From an uncultured Clostridia bacterium (GTDB lineage: Bacteria; Bacillota; Clostridia; TANB77; CAG-508), in contig CANQEI010000006.1 in NCBI GenBank assembly GCA_947594845.1, forward strand, positions 2,320 through 66,319: a DNA stretch of 64,000 nucleotides, read 5' to 3'. The notes under the pieces are model-generated. The model worked only from the letters and a program-made list of their open reading frames with translations. It searched no databases and had not been told where the DNA came from. Position numbers and translations under genes: made by a program. The first letter of the stretch is position 1. Each line of letters begins with the position of its first letter. This document shows positions 57,801 through 64,000 of this stretch, piece after piece.

Positions 57801-59993
57801 TTATATAAAGAATATTATGATAATGTAACTAAAAAAGATATTACAAACTTTGTTGAAAAAACATTAGTAAATTCAGGTTATATGCCAACATTTGATAGTG
57901 ATATATTAGATGTTTTAATAAGACAAGAAATTCTTGAAAGTGGCAAATTGAAAGAAATGCTATTTGCATATAACTATTTCAGATATTGGTATGATCTTGA
58001 TATGGATGGAATAGATGTGGCAGATTCAATTATGTTCCATGGTGATGAAATGTTCGATGAAAGAATGACACTATATAACATAAGTTCAGAACTTGTAAGT
58101 GGTTCAAACTCTGCTACAAATGTAACAGGAAACTTCTATAGTAATTATTTATCAAAATATACAAGAAAAGCTAACTTAGGTGAATTTTTAGATTACTATG
58201 CTGTAAATTTAACTGATTATAAATCAGGAGAAGAATGGTTTAAGAATAACTGGAATAGTGGAGTATATATACCTATAAGTATAGATTGTAGCGATACATA
58301 TTATACAATGTGGGATCATTTAAAACGTAGTGGAAATGTACAAAATACTTTCTTACCATTGTTCAATGTACCTGAAAATTCAATGTATGTAATTACTAGT
58401 CCAACTCAAGTATTTTATGGTTCTTTACGTATTTACTTAAAGGATCCAAATGATAAAGCTTCATTACAAAAATTTAAAGATAATGAGATGGCTACATTTA
58501 CAAGACAAGTTAAAAACTTCTATAAGTTTGCACATGATTACGTTGGAGCAGATACTTTGAATAAGTATGTAGATATACAATATGATATGAGAACTACATA
58601 TACAGAAAAAGGAACTGTATATAATAATCCAAAGACAACTGAAGAAAATTATCATAAATATTTTGCAGAAGCGGTAAACAAATGGCCTGCATCAAATGGT
58701 TCTGGAGCATACGCAACAGGTTCAGAAGTTTATTGGAATGTAATAAAATTAATAAGTGGATTTAATGTTTCAACTCATGAAACATTACATAACCAAGATA
58801 GTAAAATATTCTTAAAAGGATATGGTCGTAGAGGAACTGCAGAAGATTATACAGCTGGTAACTTACAACAATATTACAATGAAGGTTGGGTAAGTCCAAA
58901 TATTATGGAAGACTTCCCAATAGACAAAGAAAATATAACTCAAAATACAAGTTATAAACGTATAGAAACTAATGATCAATTAACAGACTTCTACAAAAAA
59001 TATTTTGAATTAAATGATTTCTTAGATTATATAGAGGCTATGGCATTTATACAATTGACAGATGAACAAAAAGCTGCAGTAGCTACACAAGTATATTATC
59101 CAAACTTAGAAAATGCTACAAATGAAGAAAAGAAGAAGGGTGATAGTCAAGTAGGATATCGTTTGATAACTGCAGATGAAGTAAAACGTATGAATTTGAA
59201 TAGTGTTGAAGCTTTATGGGATAACCAAATAATGCTTAGACCAGGAGTAAAAGATACACAAATACGTTCACCTGGAGCTGATACAGATTCACTTTATAAC
59301 ATTCGTTGGTATCAACCTCATGCAGATGATAGTAGACCTGATGGTGCAAACTTTAAATGGCTTGCTTGGGAATTTGCAGGATTAAGAGGATATTATGATG
59401 GATATATGGCATATTATAGTCAAAGCTATGTAGGAAAACATTCTGGCAGAGATGGTTTAGCAACAACAGACTTAATTGCATTACGTTATATTACACGAGA
59501 TGAGACAATGACATTTAGACAATATAAGTTAGGCAGATATGAAAGCCTTAAGACACATTGGAATGATGTAGGAACATATGTAGATGCTAATACAATTTAT
59601 ACTGAATATCTTGAAGCATTAAGAAAAGATGCTGCTAACAAAGATAGAAACTTATCTGCAAGTAAAGCTGTTAAGAAAAAATACTTCATAGGAATAAAAC
59701 AACAGACAAATGATTTCAGAATAAATCCTTTTGAAACTAAAAAAGATGCAGCTAGTATAAGTAATATGGAAGAGAATATAGAAATTATAAATCCAGCATC
59801 AAATACTGTAAGTAATTCAGCAGCAAACACTATAGAAGAAAATATAGTTAATAATGTTACTACAAATTCTGTAGAAAATATGACAAATTCAGTAGAAAAT
59901 ACTGTTGAAAATGAAATAACAAATAATGCGGTTTTACCAAGTGAGGAACCAAAGGAAAATACTGTAGAAAACAAAGCAGAAACTACAGAATAA
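45876..59993 (+). CDS. Giant (4705 aa) surface protein: signal peptide, cohesin-like domain, 2-TM hairpin, dockerin-like repeat, about 30 repeat modules and a C-terminal M26/Zmp-like zinc metalloprotease
   Basis: Single uninterrupted ORF with a GGAG RBS. The domain evidence is itemised in the findings. HETLH is at nt 58776-58790. Confidence 0.9.
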   Translation: MEVEKIKVIIISCVLMLLFSLNCYAANTNTMELKTSKTELGPGDEFTVSVDFNCEETSLYAYTAKLSYDKDVFEVIEKDDFEEQEKWSDINYNSNNNKFALINKSGESGSKILNIKLKVKEDAKLGETTITISGANASDGTKDISLKGDSSVIRILNEKSEGETLPQNPVDDEKIENDEEKNSIDAKKGINWKTVICLIVCIIIILVTLGILISNKRKEKNKIIIIVLIAEILLTILLIMIMNRDNNHYDVNNDGKVNYNDSNELIEYLLEIKQPTTEELVDLDINNDGKVDINDVGEVTKESQSNNETSGKNNQGSQNGGTNTGSSAGSTESGSENTGSTGSEGGNNPGTDNPPSGDVEVHITNSKITNKNGEEVYYVVKGENLSTTYTFETNSNLPIKYVVVNGKQLPVTRNSDGSYSINFNAPIEYGKTKVEITKAVFETIGEVDVYYSFEIEVLKSVKPTVTNIKINDDGEKPVLSYDLIDPEDTFVNGKLLVTNKQTGETKEIEINGEKSEYVLDGIEENAKYDIKIEVNYDFDSDKENPDNQGKEVIEGNQYELIKDYQFTLDDYKLVNIDRANKEITLQFTSTNVTENRNEQDRYYITSVTINNCSYSVTRQGSLYTVVVPYEEENKTVLELQKAKLSNLKEFTNIGKSIVVFKTAPTANVNVTVNDDLKLITASFDLVDNDSTITALEARLIKPNGEIVKKNLNIGENSVTFESANDEIFKAGEYVVEIGADYELVDGLTHNEKTTIGTSKATVKTIAKIVDANVQNYYVEKGASVEIKYTVSSNNEGLLSIVNIEEVSYPATQNADGTYSIFVHISENEAYGAKKYRPTVVMYNSETVILDDTKEVECYVLKSKPNIENFVFNDKVKDQNLTFKFNNNDNALLSDDAGLIIVDEQNVEKLEHKLTGDNTVQLNSLENGNYTVELKGTYDLDDDKNNGQNDQYKLADIFEPRQIRVISDYKPNVQISDVSIDTSTNQAVVKFTATNEANYETKKVVIDGNEYDVEKQEDGTYVVRIKLEDENNKTLNITDVVIAEDIKLQLAEPQSFEIFKTVPSVSNVEANADGNTVNVKFKIEDPADIMRNAKVVLKDANGNIVAESQAITKDTTEVSFKDVTNAGKYTVEVVADFDRVDGKSHIQERINSDNIEVQINIIANIKEAVASKQYANKNEEINITYTIADNTDENITAIVVNDGEKDIECTPTLNGEKYNITVKTPETAGGKSYKVVKLKYGENEVNPVEESEKAIAKVYVLKTAPTIRDYKLHSKEEPPVITFVIDNPDGAIINGNILIKSAGGQTLKIQQISTSKEPTTENKIEINEDEFNATEVYQFVLEGIYDLDDDLTNKQNEYDISTLFAGEKFQLDIEANVENIELEKRYLQREEQFSVTYTITSNTELKLTNININDKQYEPVQVGTTNTYKITYTAKNGNGIEELKTNKLYFGNNEIEVADKTEKIEILKQLPKVVADSSNLEYNYETKEITFKFTIEDQEDALEKAYVTLDGLKDENGVEKVEVNKGENTVKFKDAQIGKLYKLNVLATYDLDTDGLNDITNTDDNVFTELGIYETKAQLLKNKPQIENFKVDTSTGKAVVSYDMKDDDNSFISGNIIATNKDTNEQIIIPVEKGKNSYELELKAFVDYTIELKIAYDLDDDSTNGENQDEEIFAVAEEVEVEADYEATVTDLTVINVDRTQNKAVLQFKFTNASKYGLLKIKIGDNFYDVIQVPDSPEMYTCEYTFDETLIDKRQEITLTQASLVNEVEVNLKENVSTVIFKNAPTLSELNLNNVDNNRIDATFTITDEEATLTKLYAVLKDEAGNVITEKELTYTDRQVSFSGLTAKKYKVEILADYELVDGSEHTRVSLKESEIIELKIITGITTNSISDIYPDKGETITLNYNIVSNTGAKVTSVLFDKIGEYPTEWVAEGEYKVTYIVPSTSGIVQLKIIRVNFDNGEYVDLGENPHLDEVDVLKMAPSITNFSLMENVDLKTVTFSFNVSDPDNAFLSGTAKVGEDTRTITKDGNTLSFVVEPDVEQKLYINVDYDLDSNQLLNEDQSKNRYVLPFEKIFTLVSDYQLTIENLKTYKNDGSNVQTTYFNKKEEIQLRFNSSNRINNEPLQIKVNDLEDDSSEGQWYDVKTVNKKNGDVDYYYVEIKGGDKAGLENIEISDVKLNSGKIINKLEFKNSTSNTYVDILKDMPQVQNVSVSNTESNLSVSFTVVDNDDALLESYVRLKDNNTGAEIYTQKIEKGENKFSINVEPGNAYTLTIERNYNLDSLIDDEYNKQEGIYETRIIEISKKEEPNFIARNLTVPKRVPNGSKVPFSFENEVMSYLDVSSVRIDGVDYPVEKDENNVYKLQLDPGPEGVNTIYVESVKMGDKVFRINRYLSYTYEYIVPTAINISDIYEDVSNNLAKVDYELVDPHNSIKSIKVYMRNSANVVSGSKELSRDATTADLPIIKTYEYTIEVIAEYDIGDGKTFDTTTLFTRKKTTDPRINIIESSVEKEFVNKGEDAVLNYKINTNIDDDVRKVFIGEDSYNVTKLKEEDSYQITIPAPANSGVFEQKVTQMQIGNNYYPVQPEEDPLDIKVLKEKPTLTHFTVDEENGTLSFRLNDKDKSLTQDPLLTVKNSDNQVIGTQNLTNRGNEYTDYTFNLDDQLGMNKINTTYNAVVNVTYELKPDGIDEVNLMAVAEEDNTDEEVTEGEEKEIIETSGTENILDRNVELIGMTDYNFKFEDTSKGYGFVVCMSSDETLTFISTNNSKYKVAKVIIDGEEYPAIFGEPEKNKYMVYYRPHSYAQTSITYDKVILENGASFDVNETVPIYIRRVDATLEITSFEENIDTQKIKFNYKTIDRDKTIHAIEPDEEYPGYYKVDEDAEISDPLRFVLKDSQNNLIAEKKVSASDSVVEFDIPNPPTARYHLLVYADIYLAEGLYWRDKVLNGQITGDALEGNGDYYDSQVNTSILSSKLETRYPKKGETITIDYVISSTKVVLVDKDDHENLPKAVNITSLVINGKEYTVEHQGGETYRIYYTVKNEHGIEDINISQINFSNDTQEVFNRTDKVEVLKQEPIISNYKTENDLARNKVKFTFDVSDPDGTLNSNSIYAEVDGKRHDVVIGNNTIEIDAQKDKLTNFEIKASYDLDSDFDEFNNLYGDENVYTDYTIFEKPFILTGSYNIKFNNIKTFNTQNVETKYFEKNEDIKVEFDFEAIEGLYPEGIVIDNQNYNIEKKPETENTYCLTIKGYEKAGVVNGKINSVILNSGNVVELTESTIPVEVLKDVVKIDSFKYSVNENNADQIDLEIVASDADKANEEMKVEVKDEYGKKINLDDNNLNTGNNKRHFNKTSAGKYFVSIYSTYDRDENSKDNNNHYDNNRVYYEVVTINTRYIEMKDVVDVQLYRFSDKGNVERVNSLKVEDLEVLTNCLAKVTMKDLPTFYSEIKDYEQKDGKLKLILAYSDAMIYTDEGLKPLEVTLDILEDSSYAYSGSFTSLLEKMREDPKGTYNLDKDYDLGDFATNVDDSANAIIDFEFNGTLNGNGHTIKNLHKPLFSTLRDATVENIVFKGVEFTRPSGKAVVTKSGYNSKIKNIHIDGVTLSVDNNYRDNNATFAVDLHQNSVVENCTAININFYTNYLTQITSGGVVDLYESTIKNCYVQGKITSGRHFNAGLVARANNKSEISNNIVNVALTPYFGLYEESGNGGIVSQSNGVVLKNNLSLVNCGGKISTIYNPRNNISDNSENNYHLTETTSFKNEGNGINEVSINDINEEFFRDKLKLDTNIWNIENSSYEVLPVQKGVTQSFNDGGFQPENTSVYIPDYNRISHLDNYNKNKEVIYHNMYKLMPFYDAKEILTDGNKIGEDSILNKKTIKYVLPYDKNEKMVSVLTTDNYKSLSKISVVFDDGTEIEYNIDFDDYYGDVASYIVSDLNIGYNYNKFVIDKDANIISELIDIASDYKFTNDLDPITQNEESRLYKEYYDNVTKKDITNFVEKTLVNSGYMPTFDSDILDVLIRQEILESGKLKEMLFAYNYFRYWYDLDMDGIDVADSIMFHGDEMFDERMTLYNISSELVSGSNSATNVTGNFYSNYLSKYTRKANLGEFLDYYAVNLTDYKSGEEWFKNNWNSGVYIPISIDCSDTYYTMWDHLKRSGNVQNTFLPLFNVPENSMYVITSPTQVFYGSLRIYLKDPNDKASLQKFKDNEMATFTRQVKNFYKFAHDYVGADTLNKYVDIQYDMRTTYTEKGTVYNNPKTTEENYHKYFAEAVNKWPASNGSGAYATGSEVYWNVIKLISGFNVSTHETLHNQDSKIFLKGYGRRGTAEDYTAGNLQQYYNEGWVSPNIMEDFPIDKENITQNTSYKRIETNDQLTDFYKKYFELNDFLDYIEAMAFIQLTDEQKAAVATQVYYPNLENATNEEKKKGDSQVGYRLITADEVKRMNLNSVEALWDNQIMLRPGVKDTQIRSPGADTDSLYNIRWYQPHADDSRPDGANFKWLAWEFAGLRGYYDGYMAYYSQSYVGKHSGRDGLATTDLIALRYITRDETMTFRQYKLGRYESLKTHWNDVGTYVDANTIYTEYLEALRKDAANKDRNLSASKAVKKKYFIGIKQQTNDFRINPFETKKDAASISNMEENIEIINPASNTVSNSAANTIEENIVNNVTTNSVENMTNSVENTVENEITNNAVLPSEEPKENTVENKAETTE
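46947..56070 (+). repeat. Array of about 30 divergent ~95-115-aa protein modules (two alternating classes) inside the giant ORF
   Basis: One recurrent module boundary is 'VLK..P.I.NF...' with ends 'YDLD.D...' or 'ADYELVDG'. It alternates with modules centred on 'V.I(D/N)G.EY.V....DGTY'. Similarity is visible at protein level, not as exact DNA repeats. Confidence 0.7.
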
Positions 59994-60000
59994 GAAAATA

Positions 60001-60036
60001 AAAAATAGCAGTGATTTAATCACTGCTATTTTTTTA
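60001..60036 (+). terminator. Rho-independent terminator after the giant gene
   Basis: AAATAGCAGTGAT / ATCACTGCTATTT stem followed by a T-run. Confidence 0.85.
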
Positions 60037-60197
60037 TGGCAATATTTTATAAAAGGTGAAAGTGTATTTCATTTTATTTAATAAAAAATACACAATTATT
60101 TTATATTGTAAGAATAGATTAGAATGGCACAATAATTATGGAATAAAAAAATATAGTGTGATAAAATACTTTTAAATAAAAAACAGAGGATATAAAT

Positions 60198-60932
60198 ATG
60201 AAATTACCAGAAAAAGAATTTGTTATTATTGATGGACAAAAAATTTATTTTTTTGTGTATAGAAAGAATATTAAAAATATAAATCTTAGAGTTAATAAAA
60301 ATAAAGAAATTATAGTTTCAATCCCTCAAAGAACATCTATTGAAAAAGCGAAGAATTTTATAAAAAGTAAAATAGATTGGGTTAGAAAACAACAGAGCTT
60401 TTGGGAAAAATATGAAACAAGGAAAGATGATGAAATTATACAAAATGATAGTATTTTGTATATACTTGGAAAACAATACAAAGTATTGATTACACCTAGT
60501 AAAAAATTGGATATTTCAATAGAAAATAATTATATCAAAATTAGAGTTAAGCAAGAATATATCAATAATCAAAAATACTTAAAAAAAGCATATGAAGATT
60601 GGTTGAAAAGACTATGTAAAAATGTAACTACAGAGATTGTTGGAAATTTTAATTATGTTTTACAGAAGAACAATATTAAATTTCCAATGATAGAAGTTAG
60701 AAAAATGAAGAGTAGATGGGGAAGCTGTTATGCTTTTAAAAATAAAATTGTTTTTAATTTAAGCTTAATAAAAACTCCTATTGAGTGCGTAGAATATGTA
60801 GTTTTACATGAAATTTCACATTTTAAATACCAGAATCATAGTAAGAATTTTTATAACTTTATTGCCCAATATATACCAGATTGGAAGAAAAGGAGGATTT
60901 TTTTAAATAAAGAATATTCCGGAATAATATAA
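60198..60932 (+). CDS. YgjP-like M48/DUF45 metal-dependent hydrolase
   Basis: 'MKSRWGSC' and 'VLHEISHFKYQNHSKNFYNF'. Confidence 0.75.
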   Translation: MKLPEKEFVIIDGQKIYFFVYRKNIKNINLRVNKNKEIIVSIPQRTSIEKAKNFIKSKIDWVRKQQSFWEKYETRKDDEIIQNDSILYILGKQYKVLITPSKKLDISIENNYIKIRVKQEYINNQKYLKKAYEDWLKRLCKNVTTEIVGNFNYVLQKNNIKFPMIEVRKMKSRWGSCYAFKNKIVFNLSLIKTPIECVEYVVLHEISHFKYQNHSKNFYNFIAQYIPDWKKRRIFLNKEYSGII

Positions 60933-61055
60933 AAACTAAAAATGCTTGTATAGCTTGATAAGTATGGCTTTTTTTACTATTTACTTTTTCAAAATAATAT
61001 TATATAATTACATCGATTTTTACAACCAAACATAAAAATTAGTAGGAGTGAATTT

Positions 61056-62306
61056 ATGAATAACATAGAAAAAGCAGAGGAAAAACTTAAGAAATATAAT
61101 CAAACACATATTCTTAAGATTATGGAAAAATTTACTGAAGATGAAAAAGAAAAAATATCAGAGCAAGTAAATGAAATGGACTTTGAAAATTTAACTAATT
61201 TGTATAATACACTTACAAAGGAAGAAGTTAATTTAGGAAAAGTTATAGAGCCTATTTCAGCTTTAAAAAAGAATAAGTTATCTCCTGATGAGCTTGATGA
61301 AATTGACAATATTGGTAAAGAGATTATATCTTCAGGAAAATTTGCAGTTGCAACTATGTCTGGAGGTCAAGGAACAAGATTAGGATACAGTAAACCAAAA
61401 GGAACTTTTAAAATTGATGTTTTACCACAACCTAAATATTTATTTGAAATTGTTTGTGATACATTAAAAAGAGCAAATAAAAAATATGGCGTTGTTATAC
61501 CTTGGTATATAATGACAAGTGAAGACAATAATGATCAAATTATTGAATTTTTTAAAGAAAATAATTACTTTGATTATCCACAAAAAGACATTATGTTTTT
61601 TAAACAAGGTCAAATGCCATTAATTGATGAAAAAGGAAAACTTTTAATAGGAGAAAATAGATTAATAAGAGAAGCTTCAGATGGTAATGGCGGAATATTT
61701 AGATCAATGAAACTTAATGGTTGCTTGGATGATATGAGAAAAAGAGGAGTAAAATGGTTATTTATAGGTAGTATAGATAATGTTTTACTTAAAATGGCAG
61801 ATACTACTCTAATAGGTATTGCTGAAAAGAAAAACGTAGAAATAGCAACTAAGTCTGTACTAAAAAATGCACCAAACGAAAGAGTTGGAGTTATTTGCAA
61901 AAAAGATGGAAAAGTTGGTGTTATAGAATATTCTGAATTACCAGTTAAACTTGCAGAAGCTGTTGACGAGGATGGAGATTTATTATACGGAGAATCACAC
62001 ATTATGTGTAACTTATTTAGCTTAAATATATTAGAAAAATTATCAGATGTTACATTACCATATCATAAGGCACATAAGAAAAACAGCTATTTAAATGAAA
62101 ATGCTGAGCTTGTAGTTCCAGAAGAACCTAATAGCTATAAATTTGAAACCTTTATTTTTGATTCTTTCAACTATGTTAATGATATTGCTATTTTAAGAGG
62201 TTGTAGAGAAGACGATTTTGCACCTGTAAAAAACAAAGAAGGTGTAGATAGTCCAGCAACAGCAATTGAATTATATAATAAATATTGGGAAAATAACAAA
62301 GAATAA
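61056..62306 (+). CDS. UDP-sugar pyrophosphorylase, UDPGP type 1 family (UDP-GlcNAc pyrophosphorylase-like)
   Basis: 'MSGGQGTRLG', 'PDGNGG'-like 'SDGNGGIF' and 'EYSEL'. Confidence 0.7.
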   Translation: MNNIEKAEEKLKKYNQTHILKIMEKFTEDEKEKISEQVNEMDFENLTNLYNTLTKEEVNLGKVIEPISALKKNKLSPDELDEIDNIGKEIISSGKFAVATMSGGQGTRLGYSKPKGTFKIDVLPQPKYLFEIVCDTLKRANKKYGVVIPWYIMTSEDNNDQIIEFFKENNYFDYPQKDIMFFKQGQMPLIDEKGKLLIGENRLIREASDGNGGIFRSMKLNGCLDDMRKRGVKWLFIGSIDNVLLKMADTTLIGIAEKKNVEIATKSVLKNAPNERVGVICKKDGKVGVIEYSELPVKLAEAVDEDGDLLYGESHIMCNLFSLNILEKLSDVTLPYHKAHKKNSYLNENAELVVPEEPNSYKFETFIFDSFNYVNDIAILRGCREDDFAPVKNKEGVDSPATAIELYNKYWENNKE

Positions 62307-62327
62307 AATGAAGAAAGAAAGAAGTAT

Positions 62328-64000
62328 ATGAAAAACCTAGAAGATACGGAAGTAGAAAAGGTAGAAAAAAAAGAACTAAAAAAAGTTAAAAATAATAAAT
62401 TTCACTTTTTTATTGAAAAAATTAAGAAATTCTGTGAAAAAGTAAATATGAGGAAAATGATGCTTATTGCATTGTTTTTCTTTTCTTGTGTTGTTTCAAT
62501 GGAACTTTTAAATGGAATTTGTAGAATTTCAATATACGGAAAGCGAATGCTTATAGAGAAATTTTTATTTAATTTTATATTGCTTATTGCAATGTACTTG
62601 ATGTTTTATTTCATTACGCATAAAACAAAATTATCATGTACTTTAGTATCTGTTATAGTTATACTGTTTTCTATAGCAAATTATATTGTTATTGAAGTAA
62701 GGGGAATAGCTATAACAATTTCAGATTTTTTCGTAATAAATACTGCTTTAAATGTAATAAAAGGGACAAGAATTCAGATAAGAACAGAATTTGTTATTGG
62801 AATTATCCTTTTTATTGTTTCAAATATTATTCTATGGAAATATATTGATTTTAAAGAGAAAAATAGAAAAAACAGATATAGAGTTCTAGGAGGGGTAGTA
62901 GCAATTTTAATTTTAGTTGTTACTGCTAATTCTAAATATATAGCTAAAATGAATATTTGGGATATAAATGATTCTTATATAGTAAATGGCGCAGGTCCAG
63001 TTATGTTAAAAATGGCAAGTTCAATAAAAGTAAAACAGCCAGCCAATTATAATTCTAATGATATAAGTTTATTTTTAGATAATTATGAAGATGAGACTAA
63101 AGAATATGATGGTCAAAACCTTCCAAATGTAGTTGTTATTATGAACGAATCTTTTGCAGACTTAAATGATGTATATGATTTGCAAATACAAGAAGATAAT
63201 TTACCTTTTTATCATTCATTAATAGGTCAAGAAAATACTGTAAGTGGAATTATGCATTCTTCAAAATTTGGTGGTGGAACAGCAAATGTTGAATATGAAT
63301 TTTTAACGCAAAATACAACAGCATTTTTACCTGTTGGTTCATATCCATATCAACAGTATATTACAAAAGCAGTTAAAGAATCTATTATTTCATATATGAA
63401 TAATCTTAATTATAATTCATATGGAATGCATCCTTGGTATAAAAAAGGATACAGTAGAGAAAAAGTTTATAAATTCTTAGGATTTAAAAATACATTATTT
63501 TATGAAGACATGGATGAACTTAAATTAGATAAATCTGATTATGTTTCAGATGAATCTGCGTATGAGTATATATATAAAACATTTGAAAATAAGCAGAAAG
63601 ACGAAAAAATATTTGATTTTCTTGTTACAGTTCAAAACCATACACCTTTTTGGAATGAAGACACTGAGGGAAAAATATTTAAAGATGGTGATCAACGAAT
63701 AAATACATATTTTCAAGAAATCTATAGATCAGATATGGCACTAGAAAATTTAATACAGTTTTTTAAAGGATATGATGAAGATACTATTATTTTATTTTTT
63801 GGAGATCATCAACCAGAAATAGATATTGATGAAAGTTACACTATTAACTCAAAATATGATAATGAAGAAGCAAAATATATTATACCTTTTTTCATATGGG
63901 CAAATTATGACATAGAAGAACAAAAAGATATTGAAACAAGTACCAACTATTTGCAAAATATATTATTAAATGCTGCTAATATGCCTAAAAATCAATATGA
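62328..64000 (+). CDS. LtaS-family sulfatase-fold membrane protein (partial; runs off the window end)
   Basis: Not in the ORF track because there is no stop codon inside the window. My own translation gives an N-terminus with several TM segments, then 'NVVVIMNESFAD' and 'GGGTANVEYEFLTQ', typical of LTA synthase/phosphoglycerol transferase family proteins. Confidence 0.65.
   Translation, partial: MKNLEDTEVEKVEKKELKKVKNNKFHFFIEKIKKFCEKVNMRKMMLIALFFFSCVVSMELLNGICRISIYGKRMLIEKFLFNFILLIAMYLMFYFITHKTKLSCTLVSVIVILFSIANYIVIEVRGIAITISDFFVINTALNVIKGTRIQIRTEFVIGIILFIVSNIILWKYIDFKEKNRKNRYRVLGGVVAILILVVTANSKYIAKMNIWDINDSYIVNGAGPVMLKMASSIKVKQPANYNSNDISLFLDNYEDETKEYDGQNLPNVVVIMNESFADLNDVYDLQIQEDNLPFYHSLIGQENTVSGIMHSSKFGGGTANVEYEFLTQNTTAFLPVGSYPYQQYITKAVKESIISYMNNLNYNSYGMHPWYKKGYSREKVYKFLGFKNTLFYEDMDELKLDKSDYVSDESAYEYIYKTFENKQKDEKIFDFLVTVQNHTPFWNEDTEGKIFKDGDQRINTYFQEIYRSDMALENLIQFFKGYDEDTIILFFGDHQPEIDIDESYTINSKYDNEEAKYIIPFFIWANYDIEEQKDIETSTNYLQNILLNAANMPKNQY

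Overview
This is a very AT-rich chromosomal segment. Hand counts on single 60-nt lines give about 15-25% G+C, against 37-43% in one anomalous block. It looks like a Gram-positive low-GC Bacillota genome, Clostridia-like. All calls come from reading motifs by eye; no searches were run. There are about 50 genes, and all but two lie on the + strand.

The housekeeping backbone includes polA, a first tyrS, cmk, plsC, rpmF, der-plsY-gpsA, dtd, tRNA-Thr(CGU) and a second tyrosyl-tRNA synthetase behind a T-box. It continues with ftsY, pgsA, ligA, RNase P RNA (type B), a cytoplasmic alpha-amylase, an ArsR/P-type ATPase pair, galE, and envelope genes (GT39-like, UDP-sugar pyrophosphorylase-like, LtaS-like).

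The accessory blocks most worth follow-up are:
1. 10.5-13.6 kb: an operon of two small coiled-coil proteins plus an 811-aa protein with no recognisable family.
2. 13.6-14.9 kb: a block of clearly higher G+C carrying two self-contained promoter-gene-terminator cassettes of unknown function, with no integrase.
3. 35.7-37.8 kb, between ligA and rnpB: an 80-aa ORF, a 465-aa HEWTH zincin-like protein and a translationally coupled 149-aa protein. A second copy of the 149-aa protein sits at 24.6 kb behind a 44-aa ORF.
4. 45.9-60.0 kb: a 4705-aa surface protein with signal peptide, cohesin-like domain, two-TM hairpin, dockerin-like repeat, about 30 alternating beta-sandwich-like modules and a C-terminal M26/Zmp-like HExxH metalloprotease.
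5. A tandem pair of LPXTG vWA proteins, one with a degenerate MIDAS site.
6. Several unusual domain fusions: P-loop+Asp23, NDT-like+Maf, PPase+VOC.

I saw no CRISPR array, transposase, integrase or rRNA.
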